64,000 nucleotides of DNA from a virus (taxonomy: Duplodnaviria; Caudoviricetes). How positions within the stretch are numbered: the first letter of the stretch is position 1; each line of letters starts with the position of its first letter. Where the stretch lies: positions 1 through 64,000 of IMG/VR virus record IMGVR_UViG_3300021167_000382; one strand, given 5' to 3'. The notes beneath the pieces are model-generated. The model was not told where the DNA came from, did not search any database, and saw only the letters and a list, made by a program, of their open reading frames with translations. The translations under genes were made by a program, and so were the position numbers. Positions 10,160 to 20,758 of the stretch are shown here, piece after piece.

Positions 10160-13100
10160 TTAACCGCCACCGCCAAAAGGATTGTCCATTGTTCGAAACT
10201 CCAATGTCGGAGACCAGCCACTCACAATTCCTTGACTTCTGTAGCGAACTCGTACATATACGTAAGTAGAGTACGGAAATATTCCAAATGATATATTGGT
10301 CAAATTTACGGTATTATTCAGAGACTCGCCTGGAGTTGTGAAATTAGGTTCATAGCTATACTGCCAATCACTCGACTCATGGGGTCCAGTGAAGTTAACA
10401 GGCGTAAAGGCCGACGAAATGAAGACCGCATCAATGCGATTTGATCCGCTTGAGGTATTTTCTGCAACAGATGGCGCTTGAATATAACGATTATCTGCCA
10501 TCGTAGTGAAACTCGCAGCGGCAGACCATTCAGACACATCGAACCGACTACGATATCGACAGCGTACATAATACGTTGTTGAATAGGCTAGACCGGTAAG
10601 CTGCCAGGTCAATTTGTTAGTAGTATCATTGGTAAGAGACGCAATGATATTTGTGAATGTGGCGTTTGTAGAAAGCTGCCAATCAGTAGCGACATGTAAG
10701 CCATCTACGTAGTCTGTAATAAACGCTGAACCATTTGCGATCGGTGTGACCGAAGGAACACCAGTCATTGTTACAGTAGGCGGTGTTACAGTTTCAGTCG
10801 CAGAGGTAACATTTTCAGCGATCGTGAAAGTGAATGTACCTGGATTCTTCCAGATGTAGCGATGTTTTCCACCTACATTTTCATAGATGGCATTAAGGGT
10901 GTTCAACAGAGGACCGGTATTGGCATATTCAACTACAACAGCACCACTACCACCTGCGCCACCTGCACCCGCGTTATAAGCTGCACCACCACCACCAGAA
11001 CCTGTAGAACCATTAACGGAGTAAGCATTTGGATTTCGACCTTGACCGCCCTGATAGGCTAGACCAGAAACTTGGAATGTCGGCGCACCGCCACCACCAC
11101 CACCGTAAGGACCATAGCCGTAAGCGAGGTCGGATAGACCACCAGGACCACCGTTGATACCTTGACCTGCAGTACCAGCAGCATAGTAGGAACCACCGCC
11201 AGTGTCAGCATGCATGGAGCCACCTTGACCACCCTGACCGCCTGTATAAGACGCACCCCAACCACCCGCACCACCAATAGTTGCTGAGGAATTCTGACTA
11301 CCGCCAGGACCTGCCGCACCACCATTGGCTTGAATAAGCGCAGTCGATGGGACGGTTACTGTGGTGTTACCGCCAGCGCTACCAGCGACACCAGCGCTAC
11401 CGCCACCAGCACCACCTGAACCTACTGTGAGTGAATAGGTAACACCAGGAAGAATTGGACGTTGTGCGATGCTAATACCACCACCACCGCCAGCACCGCC
11501 TGCCGCACCTGTCGAATTAACCCATCCAGGGTTAGTTGATGATCCACCACCACCACCACCGGCGCCAACTGCCGAGATCTGCAGATACACTGATGTCGTG
11601 AACGTCACTGCATCGGACCAATCCGATGTCTTCACGTTTCCTTGGTAGCGAACGCGGGCGAAGTAGCTTGTACCTTCGTTCAAACTCACTGTAGGATTAT
11701 AGCTAGTCAGGTCATTCGACCAGCCAGAATCATTAACTACATTAGTGAATGTTGAATTGGTAGAAATCTGCCACTGGGACTTCACATGGCTATCGGTGTA
11801 GTTAACTGGCGTGAACGTGCTACCAAGAAACTGCGGATTCGTTTTAGAGATATCTGTATAGTCGTCATTCAGCATCAACGCCACAGGCTTCTGAATGGAA
11901 CGATTATCAGCCATCGTAGTGAACATGACCGCATTCGACCAGCTGCTATATGGACTACCGTCACTACCAACTGTGTCAGAACGATACCGGACCTTGACAT
12001 AGAAGATAGAAAGATAAGGAAGCTGTGAAGGAGACCAAGTTGTCAGATTCACGCCATCGTTCATCGATGTCCGAATGATATTCGTGAAGTCAGAATCGGT
12101 CGCCAGCTGCCAATCTGAAGAAAGATGAATCGGTGTAATAGTTGGCGTTGGGATGTCGATTGTAGATTGCCAACGAACTCCGACATGCGCATCGAAGAAC
12201 TGGACAGTGACACGTATCGAAGATCCGAGATCAGTCATACCGGAGATACGAATAGCTTCACCTTCTCTTCTCCACATCTGACCATAGGTCATGGTCGACC
12301 AAGCACTAGTTGTGCCGTTCCAAAGTACATATTCCATGCTGGAAGACAGAGCATAGTGAAGACCTGCTGCGTCTTTCTTCACTTTAAAATACTGCACCGA
12401 GGGAGCAGTATCTATGTAGCCCGTATCGTGCGCATAATAAGTACTGGACACGAATGTACCTGTACCAATGAAGTTAAATGCACTTGAGGAGATAGTTGGC
12501 AGTGGACTAACGTTAATTGCACTGGCAATCGGTGACAGAATACTCGGTTTGAAGACCGCTAAGTATTCCGCAGTGATGAACTCGTACGTCGGGGAGAACT
12601 GTGATGAAACTCCGTTATCACCCACATGTGCGAAACGCAAGAAGTAGCTGGTACCTGGTGTGAAATTAAATACATTCCAGCTAATCAAGTTAGCGGAACT
12701 ATTGCTACTGAAAGCCAGCGTGTTGAATGTGTTATTGGTAGAGATTTCCCAGACTGTTGAAGCATGACTCAGCATGCCGCTCGTATCGAGAAAATTACTC
12801 GAAGTAAACGCCTGACCTTCGAACGGAATAGGGTTCGTGATCTCAATCCCATTCGCTGTCAAATTGCCGCTTAAATCGACTAAGAAGGGTTGCTCTGGAC
12901 GACGAGGCTTAATCTCGAAAGTATATTCACGACCATTAATGACCAGAACCTGCATACCTGCGATACCGTTCGAGGAACTCAAGGTAATCTGATCACCATC
13001 CATCACACAGGTCGTGTTCTGCATACGCGACGCATCGATCGTGTAGGTGTTTAGACCGTCATAGTTCGTGATCTGGATAGTCATTTCTTCATCCAGGTAG

Positions 13101-13348
13101 AACGCGTGATCGCCGAAGAACACAGGGAGACTTGTGTCGGATAGCGACAGCGGGTAGTTCTTTCGCTGGACATTATTCGTGCTACTGAGCAGTGCGATAC
13201 CATCCTGCTGATCCACCTGGTCTGTGGATACAAGACCTATGTTTTCAGCAGCTTGCTCAGGACTTCTTGCACTCGTTCCACCATTCTCGATCGGGAGAGA
13301 GTATTTACTCTCATCGATCTCAGGTGTATGAATCGAGGTTACCGCCAT
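10160..13348 (-). CDS. Modular tail fibre protein (Fn3/Ig-like repeats plus glycine-rich domain)
   Basis: N-terminal GGT..A..N.G fibre motif, about 5 SDWQ.AT...F/Y.RVRY...S.WS modules and a GAGGGGG domain. Confidence 0.75.
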   Translation of the reverse strand: MAVTSIHTPEIDESKYSLPIENGGTSARSPEQAAENIGLVSTDQVDQQDGIALLSSTNNVQRKNYPLSLSDTSLPVFFGDHAFYLDEEMTIQITNYDGLNTYTIDASRMQNTTCVMDGDQITLSSSNGIAGMQVLVINGREYTFEIKPRRPEQPFLVDLSGNLTANGIEITNPIPFEGQAFTSSNFLDTSGMLSHASTVWEISTNNTFNTLAFSSNSSANLISWNVFNFTPGTSYFLRFAHVGDNGVSSQFSPTYEFITAEYLAVFKPSILSPIASAINVSPLPTISSSAFNFIGTGTFVSSTYYAHDTGYIDTAPSVQYFKVKKDAAGLHYALSSSMEYVLWNGTTSAWSTMTYGQMWRREGEAIRISGMTDLGSSIRVTVQFFDAHVGVRWQSTIDIPTPTITPIHLSSDWQLATDSDFTNIIRTSMNDGVNLTTWSPSQLPYLSIFYVKVRYRSDTVGSDGSPYSSWSNAVMFTTMADNRSIQKPVALMLNDDYTDISKTNPQFLGSTFTPVNYTDSHVKSQWQISTNSTFTNVVNDSGWSNDLTSYNPTVSLNEGTSYFARVRYQGNVKTSDWSDAVTFTTSVYLQISAVGAGGGGGGSSTNPGWVNSTGAAGGAGGGGGISIAQRPILPGVTYSLTVGSGGAGGGSAGVAGSAGGNTTVTVPSTALIQANGGAAGPGGSQNSSATIGGAGGWGASYTGGQGGQGGSMHADTGGGSYYAAGTAGQGINGGPGGLSDLAYGYGPYGGGGGGAPTFQVSGLAYQGGQGRNPNAYSVNGSTGSGGGGAAYNAGAGGAGGSGAVVVEYANTGPLLNTLNAIYENVGGKHRYIWKNPGTFTFTIAENVTSATETVTPPTVTMTGVPSVTPIANGSAFITDYVDGLHVATDWQLSTNATFTNIIASLTNDTTNKLTWQLTGLAYSTTYYVRCRYRSRFDVSEWSAAASFTTMADNRYIQAPSVAENTSSGSNRIDAVFISSAFTPVNFTGPHESSDWQYSYEPNFTTPGESLNNTVNLTNISFGIFPYSTYVYVRVRYRSQGIVSGWSPTLEFRTMDNPFGGGG

Positions 13349-13359
13349 GGGGTTCTCCT

Positions 13360-14613
13360 TTATTGCTGATTTTTGTAAGCGCCCATCTCGAGAAGATAGG
13401 CCTGACTAAAATAGAACGGGACATCGAAAGCCAACGAACCGTCGATGTCTTTAAGACGTGTTCGTAGTTCACGCCGATGCTGATAGTTCTTTCTAAAGCT
13501 ATCAGTCAGCGTCACAGACCAATAACGGTCTTCCTGGATATTCCAATACTCACCAAGTCGTCCTTGATCAAGTACTAGTGGGTATTCAGGTTTCTGGTAA
13601 ACAGTGAAGATCCCAGGCGCGCGCATCTGACGAATATAGCGACGATCAAAGAAGAGATTATCAGTATCCAGCAGAACGATGAAACTCTGTGACAATGTCA
13701 ACCACTTACGGATGACTACGTCAGAATAGAGTTCTTCCACATTGATCGCGTTAGGATTCACGCTACTACTAGCCAAACCAAGCGGCTCCAGATCAATAAG
13801 ATCCCTAGATTCCAGAACCCTTTCCAACATAGACAACTGTTTGACATCTAGATAGATGCTGTTATCATTACCAACCCAACAACTCTGGGCATGGGGGAGT
13901 ACCATATATCCACCGATCACCAGAAAGAAAGATTTGATCGATTTCTCTTCTGGCAAATTAAGCACCACTCGTTCTTGTAGCGCCTGAAAAGTCGCTGGAA
14001 CAGTAATCATGTTATCAGTGATAGGGATAACGTCTAACTTAGAAACATCACGGAAACTGTAGATCCCTAGCTGGTTGTTATCTGCTTTCATGCAGGACTT
14101 ACCGCCGTCCGTAATAAAGACATGCTTACCATCATAGTCCCGCTTATGGAGCATTCCATTCACACTGAACAGACAGTAGTCGTAAAGCATCTCAAAATCC
14201 GTATCCACTTCAGGACGCGTTAGTTTGATATCTGTTTTCAATTCAACGGCAGCGTTCTCGGGTAGGACGTATCCCGCCTTATCCAGTTGAGCGTGGTAAC
14301 CTGCAGCGATCGCGTGGTTGTACTTAACATACCCCACGTCAGCATTCGGAAGTGCTGTGATCGTTGCGAAGTTATAATCTTCACCCTTCGCTTGAATAAA
14401 GACATCCAGCGTATTCTCATAGTGACTTTCAGCACTACGGAATTGCTCGAAATCAACAAAGAGTAGATCAGGACGGCGACTGTCTTCCAGAACTACGATA
14501 AAGCGACGAAAGTTCAGAAAAAGCGATGACAGGGACATAGAAGAAGCATCAAGCTCCTCCCATTGAGCTGAAAGGCTGACGGGTAAACCGATCGTCTTTT
14601 GAATACTGTACAT
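13360..14613 (-). CDS. Virion structural protein (phiKZ gp130-like)
   Basis: CLFSVNG.LH and LVIGGY motifs, WLTLSQSFIV; size and position near the portal. Confidence 0.65.
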   Translation of the reverse strand: MYSIQKTIGLPVSLSAQWEELDASSMSLSSLFLNFRRFIVVLEDSRRPDLLFVDFEQFRSAESHYENTLDVFIQAKGEDYNFATITALPNADVGYVKYNHAIAAGYHAQLDKAGYVLPENAAVELKTDIKLTRPEVDTDFEMLYDYCLFSVNGMLHKRDYDGKHVFITDGGKSCMKADNNQLGIYSFRDVSKLDVIPITDNMITVPATFQALQERVVLNLPEEKSIKSFFLVIGGYMVLPHAQSCWVGNDNSIYLDVKQLSMLERVLESRDLIDLEPLGLASSSVNPNAINVEELYSDVVIRKWLTLSQSFIVLLDTDNLFFDRRYIRQMRAPGIFTVYQKPEYPLVLDQGRLGEYWNIQEDRYWSVTLTDSFRKNYQHRRELRTRLKDIDGSLAFDVPFYFSQAYLLEMGAYKNQQ

Positions 14614-14729
14614 GGGACACCTTCTTTTTAATCGAAGCCTTCGTCATCTTGTGGTTGTCAAGCCGACTTATGCGCTGTAAAATATGGCGAGTTGGATTTG
14701 ATCAGTGAATCATTTATCAGGAGTTTCTC

Positions 14730-15452
14730 GTGCGTGATGTGACTTATGCATTTGATCCAACGGGTCGGGATGCAGCAAACTTAGTGACGGGTGAATTACA
14801 TACCATCACTGAAGTAAATGCGGCACCTTACCGCATCCTTATCCCGACATTCGCCCCATTCTATTCCTACAACCTGAAGGTCGAGCATATTGATATTCAA
14901 GGGAATGTCCATGAGTTGGTTGAAGGGGTTGATTTCTATCTGGCATTGCCTTATGTCGATGCGACACGTGTTACGGGTAAGACCGTATATGGCGGCATTC
15001 CGATCATTAACAGCTTTGCAGATGGCGCAATTCGTTTGCAATATCAGACTGTTGGTGGTCCTTGGTGTGCGGATATCGACTATGTCTATGGCCGTTTGAT
15101 TGAACATGTCTTCAATCCTCGTACAACTTGGTGGGATGGGTTGACGAATGTTCAGGATAACTTCCCACCAATTGAACATGACCACGGCATCGATGATCTC
15201 TATCAAGTCGACGTCTTGTTCCAGATCCTGAATGGCATGCGCGACGCCATTCTTCAAGCGCCGAATAACGTACCTGGTCAAGTGGTTTCTCATATGCTTG
15301 ATCAGACGATCCATCCCTCAACGCCAGAAGACCTTGGTCTTGGACCAATTGTCCATTTGGAGTTAGCGACGGATATGGAAGTTTTAGGTCACCAGCACCT
15401 GGATAAAGCGATCACGCTCCGCCAGGTTCTTCTTCTTTTAAATACCCTCTAA
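14730..15452 (+). CDS. Tail fibre base/anchor protein (phiKZ gp131-family N-terminal domain)
   Basis: YAFDPTG....NLV.GE.H, P..APFY, YQTVGG and FPP..H.H motifs. Confidence 0.7.
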   Translation: MRDVTYAFDPTGRDAANLVTGELHTITEVNAAPYRILIPTFAPFYSYNLKVEHIDIQGNVHELVEGVDFYLALPYVDATRVTGKTVYGGIPIINSFADGAIRLQYQTVGGPWCADIDYVYGRLIEHVFNPRTTWWDGLTNVQDNFPPIEHDHGIDDLYQVDVLFQILNGMRDAILQAPNNVPGQVVSHMLDQTIHPSTPEDLGLGPIVHLELATDMEVLGHQHLDKAITLRQVLLLLNTL

Positions 15453-15468
15453 TTCAAGGAGTTTTGAA

Positions 15469-15783
15469 ATGCCTTTGGTCACTGGTAAAATTATGGGCAA
15501 TGCAACCCAACAACTTGCTTTCACGGTTCCGAGTGTTTTTCCGTGGGGAAGCATGAACTTGGTTGCCGCGAATCAGAATAATCAAGCCTCCGCTATTCAG
15601 ATTCACATTACCACGGATGCTTCGCCGAATGCGGTTGATTGCATTGAACCTGGTGCTTCGATTCCGGCAAATGGTCGTTATGAGCTCAGCTGTCGTTTGG
15701 TCATGGCGGGTGAGAAGATTTACGTGACTGCCGCAGCGGGCGTCTCTGTTCGTATCGAAGTCAACATGGCGGATGAAGTCTAA
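15469..15783 (+). CDS. Small beta-rich virion/tail protein
   Basis: Good RBS (aaggag); lies within the tail-fibre operon. Confidence 0.55.
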   Translation: MPLVTGKIMGNATQQLAFTVPSVFPWGSMNLVAANQNNQASAIQIHITTDASPNAVDCIEPGASIPANGRYELSCRLVMAGEKIYVTAAAGVSVRIEVNMADEV

Positions 15784-15785
15784 CT

Positions 15786-18041
15786 ATGCCACGTCAGAAC
15801 CAAGACCACGGTTCGTATGTTCGAGGTGTCGCCGGTGTCATTCCTATTAATAAGGGTGGCACTGGCGGACAAACCTCTATGGAAGCTGTGGATAATTTAA
15901 ACGGTCTTCATCGCTCAACTATTGATCAAGCGAATGGCTTGGCAATGACTGACGCTGACGGCTATTTGAAAGCTGAATACTTCAGCGACCTTAATATTTT
16001 TGTAGGTCCGCGTATAAAAGGACCGAGTATGCTGTATAGAGGATGCATGGCTCGTTTTCAGGTTATGAATTATGCTTCTGAACGAGAAGTGCAGGTCATC
16101 ATTGAAGGATATCGGAAAGAGGATCTTGGTTATGTCGCTCAGGGTCCTTATTTTGCTTTTAAGGTGCCTAGTGAAGAAATCGTTACTTCATTAGCTATCA
16201 ACATTATCTACGATGGAATTACTCGACAGCTTGTGCTCCCTGTCGAATATCCGACTATTTCTAAGCCTACCATTATTACAAGTGACGAGGCAGCGTTTAA
16301 AGAGGTAGTTTGGTTGGAGGTAGAGGCACCACAGTTTAACGGCTGTTCTGCTTTTGACGAGTTTAGTTATACGACTCCTGATACTTTTCGAGGTAATACC
16401 AACACCATAATCTCAGGTGAAGAACTTCGAGAAGAATTTATTTCAGTAACTGGCATTCAGCAGCTTTCATCTCCTTATCCAGTTTCTGAAATTAGAATTG
16501 CTGGGCGATTAACATCGGAAGATGGATTTGCCTATGCAGTCATTGACGGTATTCAGTACAATTTGACTAATGTTTTCGATGAGTTCACTATTAAACCAAA
16601 GAATTCACTCACAGTCGAGGTCAAGACGTCATCCACTGAAGAGATCTGGGTTGCTTTTATTCGCCCGGTTAATGGTAACTATTTTTCAGGAAATCAACTT
16701 TACGTTGAAGCAGTTGTTGAATATGCTAACGATACTGAAGGACCATGGTCACTCGCTATTGAACCATTCATGACGCGTCTTGGTAGCTCATTAAGTATCC
16801 TTATTCCAGCTATCACCTATGGTAACTTATACTACCGTGTCATGTTTAGATATGTCGCGGGTGAGACTGAGCTACTATCTCCATACAGTGACCCTGTATG
16901 GATCGTTGTCGATCAGTCATCGCAGTATTCTCTAAATAATCAAACTGCACCTTATGTCTCAGCAACGACAAATTTCGGTAAATCGGTTTGCGTGCATGAA
17001 ACACCTTACGGTCGAGATCTTTTTGTATCTGCAACACTTGAAGGTAGTGGAAATGTTGTATTCCACTACCGAGTCAGCGGTTCAAGTATAGAATACCTTG
17101 GCACATTTACAACACCACCTCATGAATCAACTAGGTTACCAAACGAAGAATTTGGTAAAGAGATTTTAGTATCTGAGGATGGGAAGTATCTTTTTATCGC
17201 GGCTCCTAACGCGGTTTATTCAGATATCGCTGGGACATCGGGCGCCGTCTACGTTTACGAACGATACGGTAATCGGTATACATTTATTAAACGTATTACT
17301 GATGTAAATCAACTCCATAGTGGTTTTGGTAGCCACATGGCACAAATAGGTAATACGTTAATTATATCAACGGCCAGTAGTAGTACCCAGGCTCCTTATC
17401 TTTATTTTATCACTATTCAAGATCCAATTTCTACAGAGAAATTTACACTTCAGCGAGTTGAATCATTAGGTGAAGCTAATACTACTAATTTGATTGACTT
17501 CGTACTTCCTCGATATTTTGATATAGCTGTTCAAAATGTACCATTCTTGATTTTTGGTATCAAAAAAGATATTGAGGATAATGAGTTTAAGGAATTTACT
17601 AGTAAGTATCTTCTAAATCCATCAGAAGGAACTATGGTACATACCGGAACCGAATTTGGTTCTGTGATCACGCCACTCTTTGATGTTGTGGTTAATAAAA
17701 ATAAATATGTCATGACATATGCTGGTTATAATAATGAAAACCAGCTCCATATAGGCTACTATCACGTTATACCTGGCGGAACACGTGACCTCATGGCGAA
17801 AAAATGGACTCTTGATAGAGATAGTCAAGAATTCTCCATTCTTCCTAATGATTTTGCTATTGATAATTTTCAGGTCTATATCGATGCAGATGAGATCAGT
17901 AGTTTCGATGTTTCGAAGAACCTGACTCAGTTTTATATCGGATCGAGCACTGAGCAAGTCATAGGTTATCCTGAAGGGGAGCCTGTATCTTATCTTAATG
18001 CCGGTATGCTTTATCAACTTTATTCCAGAGTTATGGGATAA
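15786..18041 (+). CDS. Tail fibre/receptor-binding protein with C-terminal FG-GAP-like propeller
   Basis: INKGGTGGQT..A..NL.G N-terminus shared with the other fibres; FG.....S.DG..L.I.AP...GAVYVY repeats. Confidence 0.65.
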   Translation: MPRQNQDHGSYVRGVAGVIPINKGGTGGQTSMEAVDNLNGLHRSTIDQANGLAMTDADGYLKAEYFSDLNIFVGPRIKGPSMLYRGCMARFQVMNYASEREVQVIIEGYRKEDLGYVAQGPYFAFKVPSEEIVTSLAINIIYDGITRQLVLPVEYPTISKPTIITSDEAAFKEVVWLEVEAPQFNGCSAFDEFSYTTPDTFRGNTNTIISGEELREEFISVTGIQQLSSPYPVSEIRIAGRLTSEDGFAYAVIDGIQYNLTNVFDEFTIKPKNSLTVEVKTSSTEEIWVAFIRPVNGNYFSGNQLYVEAVVEYANDTEGPWSLAIEPFMTRLGSSLSILIPAITYGNLYYRVMFRYVAGETELLSPYSDPVWIVVDQSSQYSLNNQTAPYVSATTNFGKSVCVHETPYGRDLFVSATLEGSGNVVFHYRVSGSSIEYLGTFTTPPHESTRLPNEEFGKEILVSEDGKYLFIAAPNAVYSDIAGTSGAVYVYERYGNRYTFIKRITDVNQLHSGFGSHMAQIGNTLIISTASSSTQAPYLYFITIQDPISTEKFTLQRVESLGEANTTNLIDFVLPRYFDIAVQNVPFLIFGIKKDIEDNEFKEFTSKYLLNPSEGTMVHTGTEFGSVITPLFDVVVNKNKYVMTYAGYNNENQLHIGYYHVIPGGTRDLMAKKWTLDRDSQEFSILPNDFAIDNFQVYIDADEISSFDVSKNLTQFYIGSSTEQVIGYPEGEPVSYLNAGMLYQLYSRVMG

Positions 18042-18055
18042 TCTTCAAAGGTATA

Positions 18056-18679
18056 GTGAACATGGGAAATATGAACTATGTGAACACAAAAGCATCAAAA
18101 CTATATGCACGTGTTCAGGGTGGTAAGGTAATCGAGTATCCGGTTACAACCGAAATAATTCAGAAGCGCGGCCATACTGTTGCTCAGTACCATGTGGTCG
18201 TCGAAGAACCGATCACGCTGAGTAATGAAGCTGGCATGTTCATCGATACTTCTATGGTCATTGAAAACCAAACGGTTCGGATCAAACACACTTACCTTGA
18301 AAAGACACTGGAAGAGATGATCTTTTTCTTCCGTAAAGCATTTGAGAATGGTGCTTGGGTGCCATTTAACTATGCAGATATTCCAGCTGGTGAAATCAAA
18401 GCTTTCCAAAAGAAGCTTGGCCAAGCTGCAACTGATGCCCTGAACACAGTGGTCAAAGAACGTTACGACTCGCTTGATGCGCTATTGAGTCGTTATAGCA
18501 ATTCCAGCAACCCTGTTTGGAAGAAAGAAGCTGCATTCTTCCAGACTGCAGTGGATACGCTTTGGACGAAGCTCATTGCTTATTTCCAGGAACTGGCGTC
18601 CTCTACGAAACCTCTTCCGGTTTCCATGAGCGATGTCGAGGCTTTGATCAAAGCACCGAGCTGGGCTGACATCGTCTAA
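18056..18679 (+). CDS. Putative tail fibre assembly/chaperone protein
   Basis: Follows a fibre gene; RYDS.......NP.W..EA.......W motif resembles fibre-associated chaperones. Confidence 0.5.
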   Translation: MNMGNMNYVNTKASKLYARVQGGKVIEYPVTTEIIQKRGHTVAQYHVVVEEPITLSNEAGMFIDTSMVIENQTVRIKHTYLEKTLEEMIFFFRKAFENGAWVPFNYADIPAGEIKAFQKKLGQAATDALNTVVKERYDSLDALLSRYSNSSNPVWKKEAAFFQTAVDTLWTKLIAYFQELASSTKPLPVSMSDVEALIKAPSWADIV

Positions 18680-18693
18680 GTTTTACTCAAATC

Positions 18694-18724
18694 AGATGGC
18701 TAGGCGTACGCCTAGCCATCTTTT
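18694..18724 (+). terminator. Intrinsic terminator (perfect palindrome plus T tract)
   Basis: agatggctaggcgt|acgcctagccatct followed by ttt. Confidence 0.65.
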
Positions 18725-18743
18725 ATCCTGACAGAGGTGAGTT

Positions 18744-19103
18744 ATGGCTGATGAACAACTAGGTAAGCGTATTAAAAGAAAAGCATCCCGTGTAAACTAT
18801 ACGGTTTTGCTGACATGGTTTGTAGTGTTTATTCTGTTTCTAGTTGACCCTGACAGCGGTCTGATTCAGAATCTCCCGTTTGGTTCTGGTGCGGTTGCAA
18901 CCTTGGTTGTTAGTCTGCGGCCAGTGATCGTGATCACGTTGATTCATTACACTCGAAAATGGATCTTTGACTATGTGGATGTTGAAGACATCTATGTCAG
19001 CGTGATGGAGTCAGATAACTTCATTGCAAAAGCGATCTTTGCACTGGCAATGGCTGTCTTTACGCTGGGGTTTGCGATTGTCTTTGCAGCGGCCTCTGTT
19101 TAA
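18744..19103 (+). CDS. Putative holin (three TM helices)
   Basis: 119 aa with three hydrophobic segments and a basic N-terminus, directly upstream of the lytic enzyme gene. Confidence 0.55.
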   Translation: MADEQLGKRIKRKASRVNYTVLLTWFVVFILFLVDPDSGLIQNLPFGSGAVATLVVSLRPVIVITLIHYTRKWIFDYVDVEDIYVSVMESDNFIAKAIFALAMAVFTLGFAIVFAAASV

Positions 19104-19165
19104 CTAATGCATTGAGACCGTATGGGAAGTTCCCATACGGTCTTTGCACTGCTAGAGAAAACAAC

Positions 19166-19864
19166 ATGCGACATTTCTTTATTTGTTTGTTACTGTGGGG
19201 TTCACAGTTTTGTCAAGCGCAGAATGTCTTGACCTATATTCCAGATAACTGTCAAGCGCTAGTGCCGATTATTGCTCAGGAAACAAAATCCTGGATGCCT
19301 TCTTTTACAGATACTTGGTACTTCGGCGCACTCATCGAACATGAGAGCTGTATCAGTTTGAAACACGGCAAATGCTGCTCTCCAAAGTCACAACTAAAAA
19401 CAAAAAGAGAGTGGGGAGCCGGTATTGGGCAGATCACTCAAGCATATAATGCAGATGGGACTGTTCGTTTCGATACGCTTGGTGATTTGAGGAACCGCTA
19501 CCGTAATGAACTGAAAGATTTGAATTGGGGAAACATCCTCGAACGACCTGATCTACAAGCTCGTGCAGTGATTCTTCTGTCCAAGAGTAACTATAATCAG
19601 TTCCTTCCCGTGAAGTCTGAGATTGACCGAATACGGATGATGGATTCGGCTTACAACGGCGGCGCTAAAGCAGTTGTCAATGCTCGCATGGCCTGTGGTT
19701 TGGCTAAAGATTGCGATAGTCAAATTTGGCTGGGTAACGTCGATCGTTATCTGAAAAAGAGTACGAAAGCGATCTATGCAGGTCGCTCACCACTAGACAT
19801 CAACCTTCATCATGTTAAAGATGTTACGATAACAAGAAGAGGGAAGTATGAAAAACTCTATTAA
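19166..19864 (+). CDS. Lytic transglycosylase (SLT-like) endolysin with signal peptide
   Basis: IEHES catalytic Glu, G.GQ.T and SAYNGG motifs; the ATG at 19166 gives the signal peptide MRHFFICLLLWGSQFCQA. Confidence 0.75.
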   Translation: MRHFFICLLLWGSQFCQAQNVLTYIPDNCQALVPIIAQETKSWMPSFTDTWYFGALIEHESCISLKHGKCCSPKSQLKTKREWGAGIGQITQAYNADGTVRFDTLGDLRNRYRNELKDLNWGNILERPDLQARAVILLSKSNYNQFLPVKSEIDRIRMMDSAYNGGAKAVVNARMACGLAKDCDSQIWLGNVDRYLKKSTKAIYAGRSPLDINLHHVKDVTITRRGKYEKLY

Positions 19865-19889
19865 CCTCTTATAAAGAAATACGGAGGCA

Positions 19890-20705
19890 GTGATGTATGA
19901 TGGTAATAAAAGTGACTTGATCGATTCGATTATGGGGAAAGAAGCAGAATACCTCTCCTTCCCTTCACATTTCGATGTCGCTATCCGAATCAAACAAGCA
20001 GTTTCTGACTATACTCGTTCTATCGAGTATGTGGCTGAGATCATCAAATGTGATCCTTTGATTTCGATGAAGGTGCTTCAGGAGGCATCTCGTCGTAATC
20101 GTACTGGGATCAAAATGACGAATTTGGCCAAGGCGGTGAATGTGCTTGGCTTTGAACATATCAAACGCATTGCGTTAGTGATGTCTGTAAAGCAGATTGA
20201 CAAGAGTCGTGGGATGATTAAGTTTGTTGCATTGAGTCGGTTAATCTGGTTGAATAGTCTCTATACGGCTTCAGCAGCACATGTTATTGCTAATAAGCTT
20301 ACAAGCTTCGATCCTGAAGAAGCTTTCATGTGCGGACTGATGTTGAATGTGGGTGCATTTTACTTACTCCATCAAGCCTGTCTGTCACCTCAGTTGAAGA
20401 ACGATTACTCTGCTGTAGTGGACGGTATCGACCACTATTATCTTTCGAGAACTAAGGATGTTCTGACAATCTTTGATATGAGTCCTGTCTGTATGTCTGC
20501 AGTGGCCATTGAAAAGACTTTCGATCGCCATTGGCCTGGAGACTATGGTAAGATGCGCGATGTGATTCATGCGGCAAATACGCTGGCTGCGGTGAAGTTT
20601 CCTTGGGTCACGGCAGATGTGTCAGATATCGATATCACTGAACACGCTGAGATCATCGCTGAAATTGATGAGATGTTCTTTACGTTGAAGAATAACGACT
20701 TTTAG
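19890..20705 (+). CDS. HDOD-domain protein
   Basis: FPS...VA.RI, IIKCDPLIS.KVL, AVNVLG, W..S...A..A and EEAF.CGLM.NVG motifs. Confidence 0.8.
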   Translation: MMYDGNKSDLIDSIMGKEAEYLSFPSHFDVAIRIKQAVSDYTRSIEYVAEIIKCDPLISMKVLQEASRRNRTGIKMTNLAKAVNVLGFEHIKRIALVMSVKQIDKSRGMIKFVALSRLIWLNSLYTASAAHVIANKLTSFDPEEAFMCGLMLNVGAFYLLHQACLSPQLKNDYSAVVDGIDHYYLSRTKDVLTIFDMSPVCMSAVAIEKTFDRHWPGDYGKMRDVIHAANTLAAVKFPWVTADVSDIDITEHAEIIAEIDEMFFTLKNNDF

Positions 20706-20708
20706 GTA

Positions 20709-20744
20709 ATACTACCAGACGGCCTTTGGGCCGTCTGGTAGTAT
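20709..20744. terminator. 16-bp stem-loop between convergent genes
   Basis: atactaccagacggcc-tttg-ggccgtctggtagtat. Confidence 0.6.
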
Positions 20745-20758
20745 CTTTTAGTCCATCA

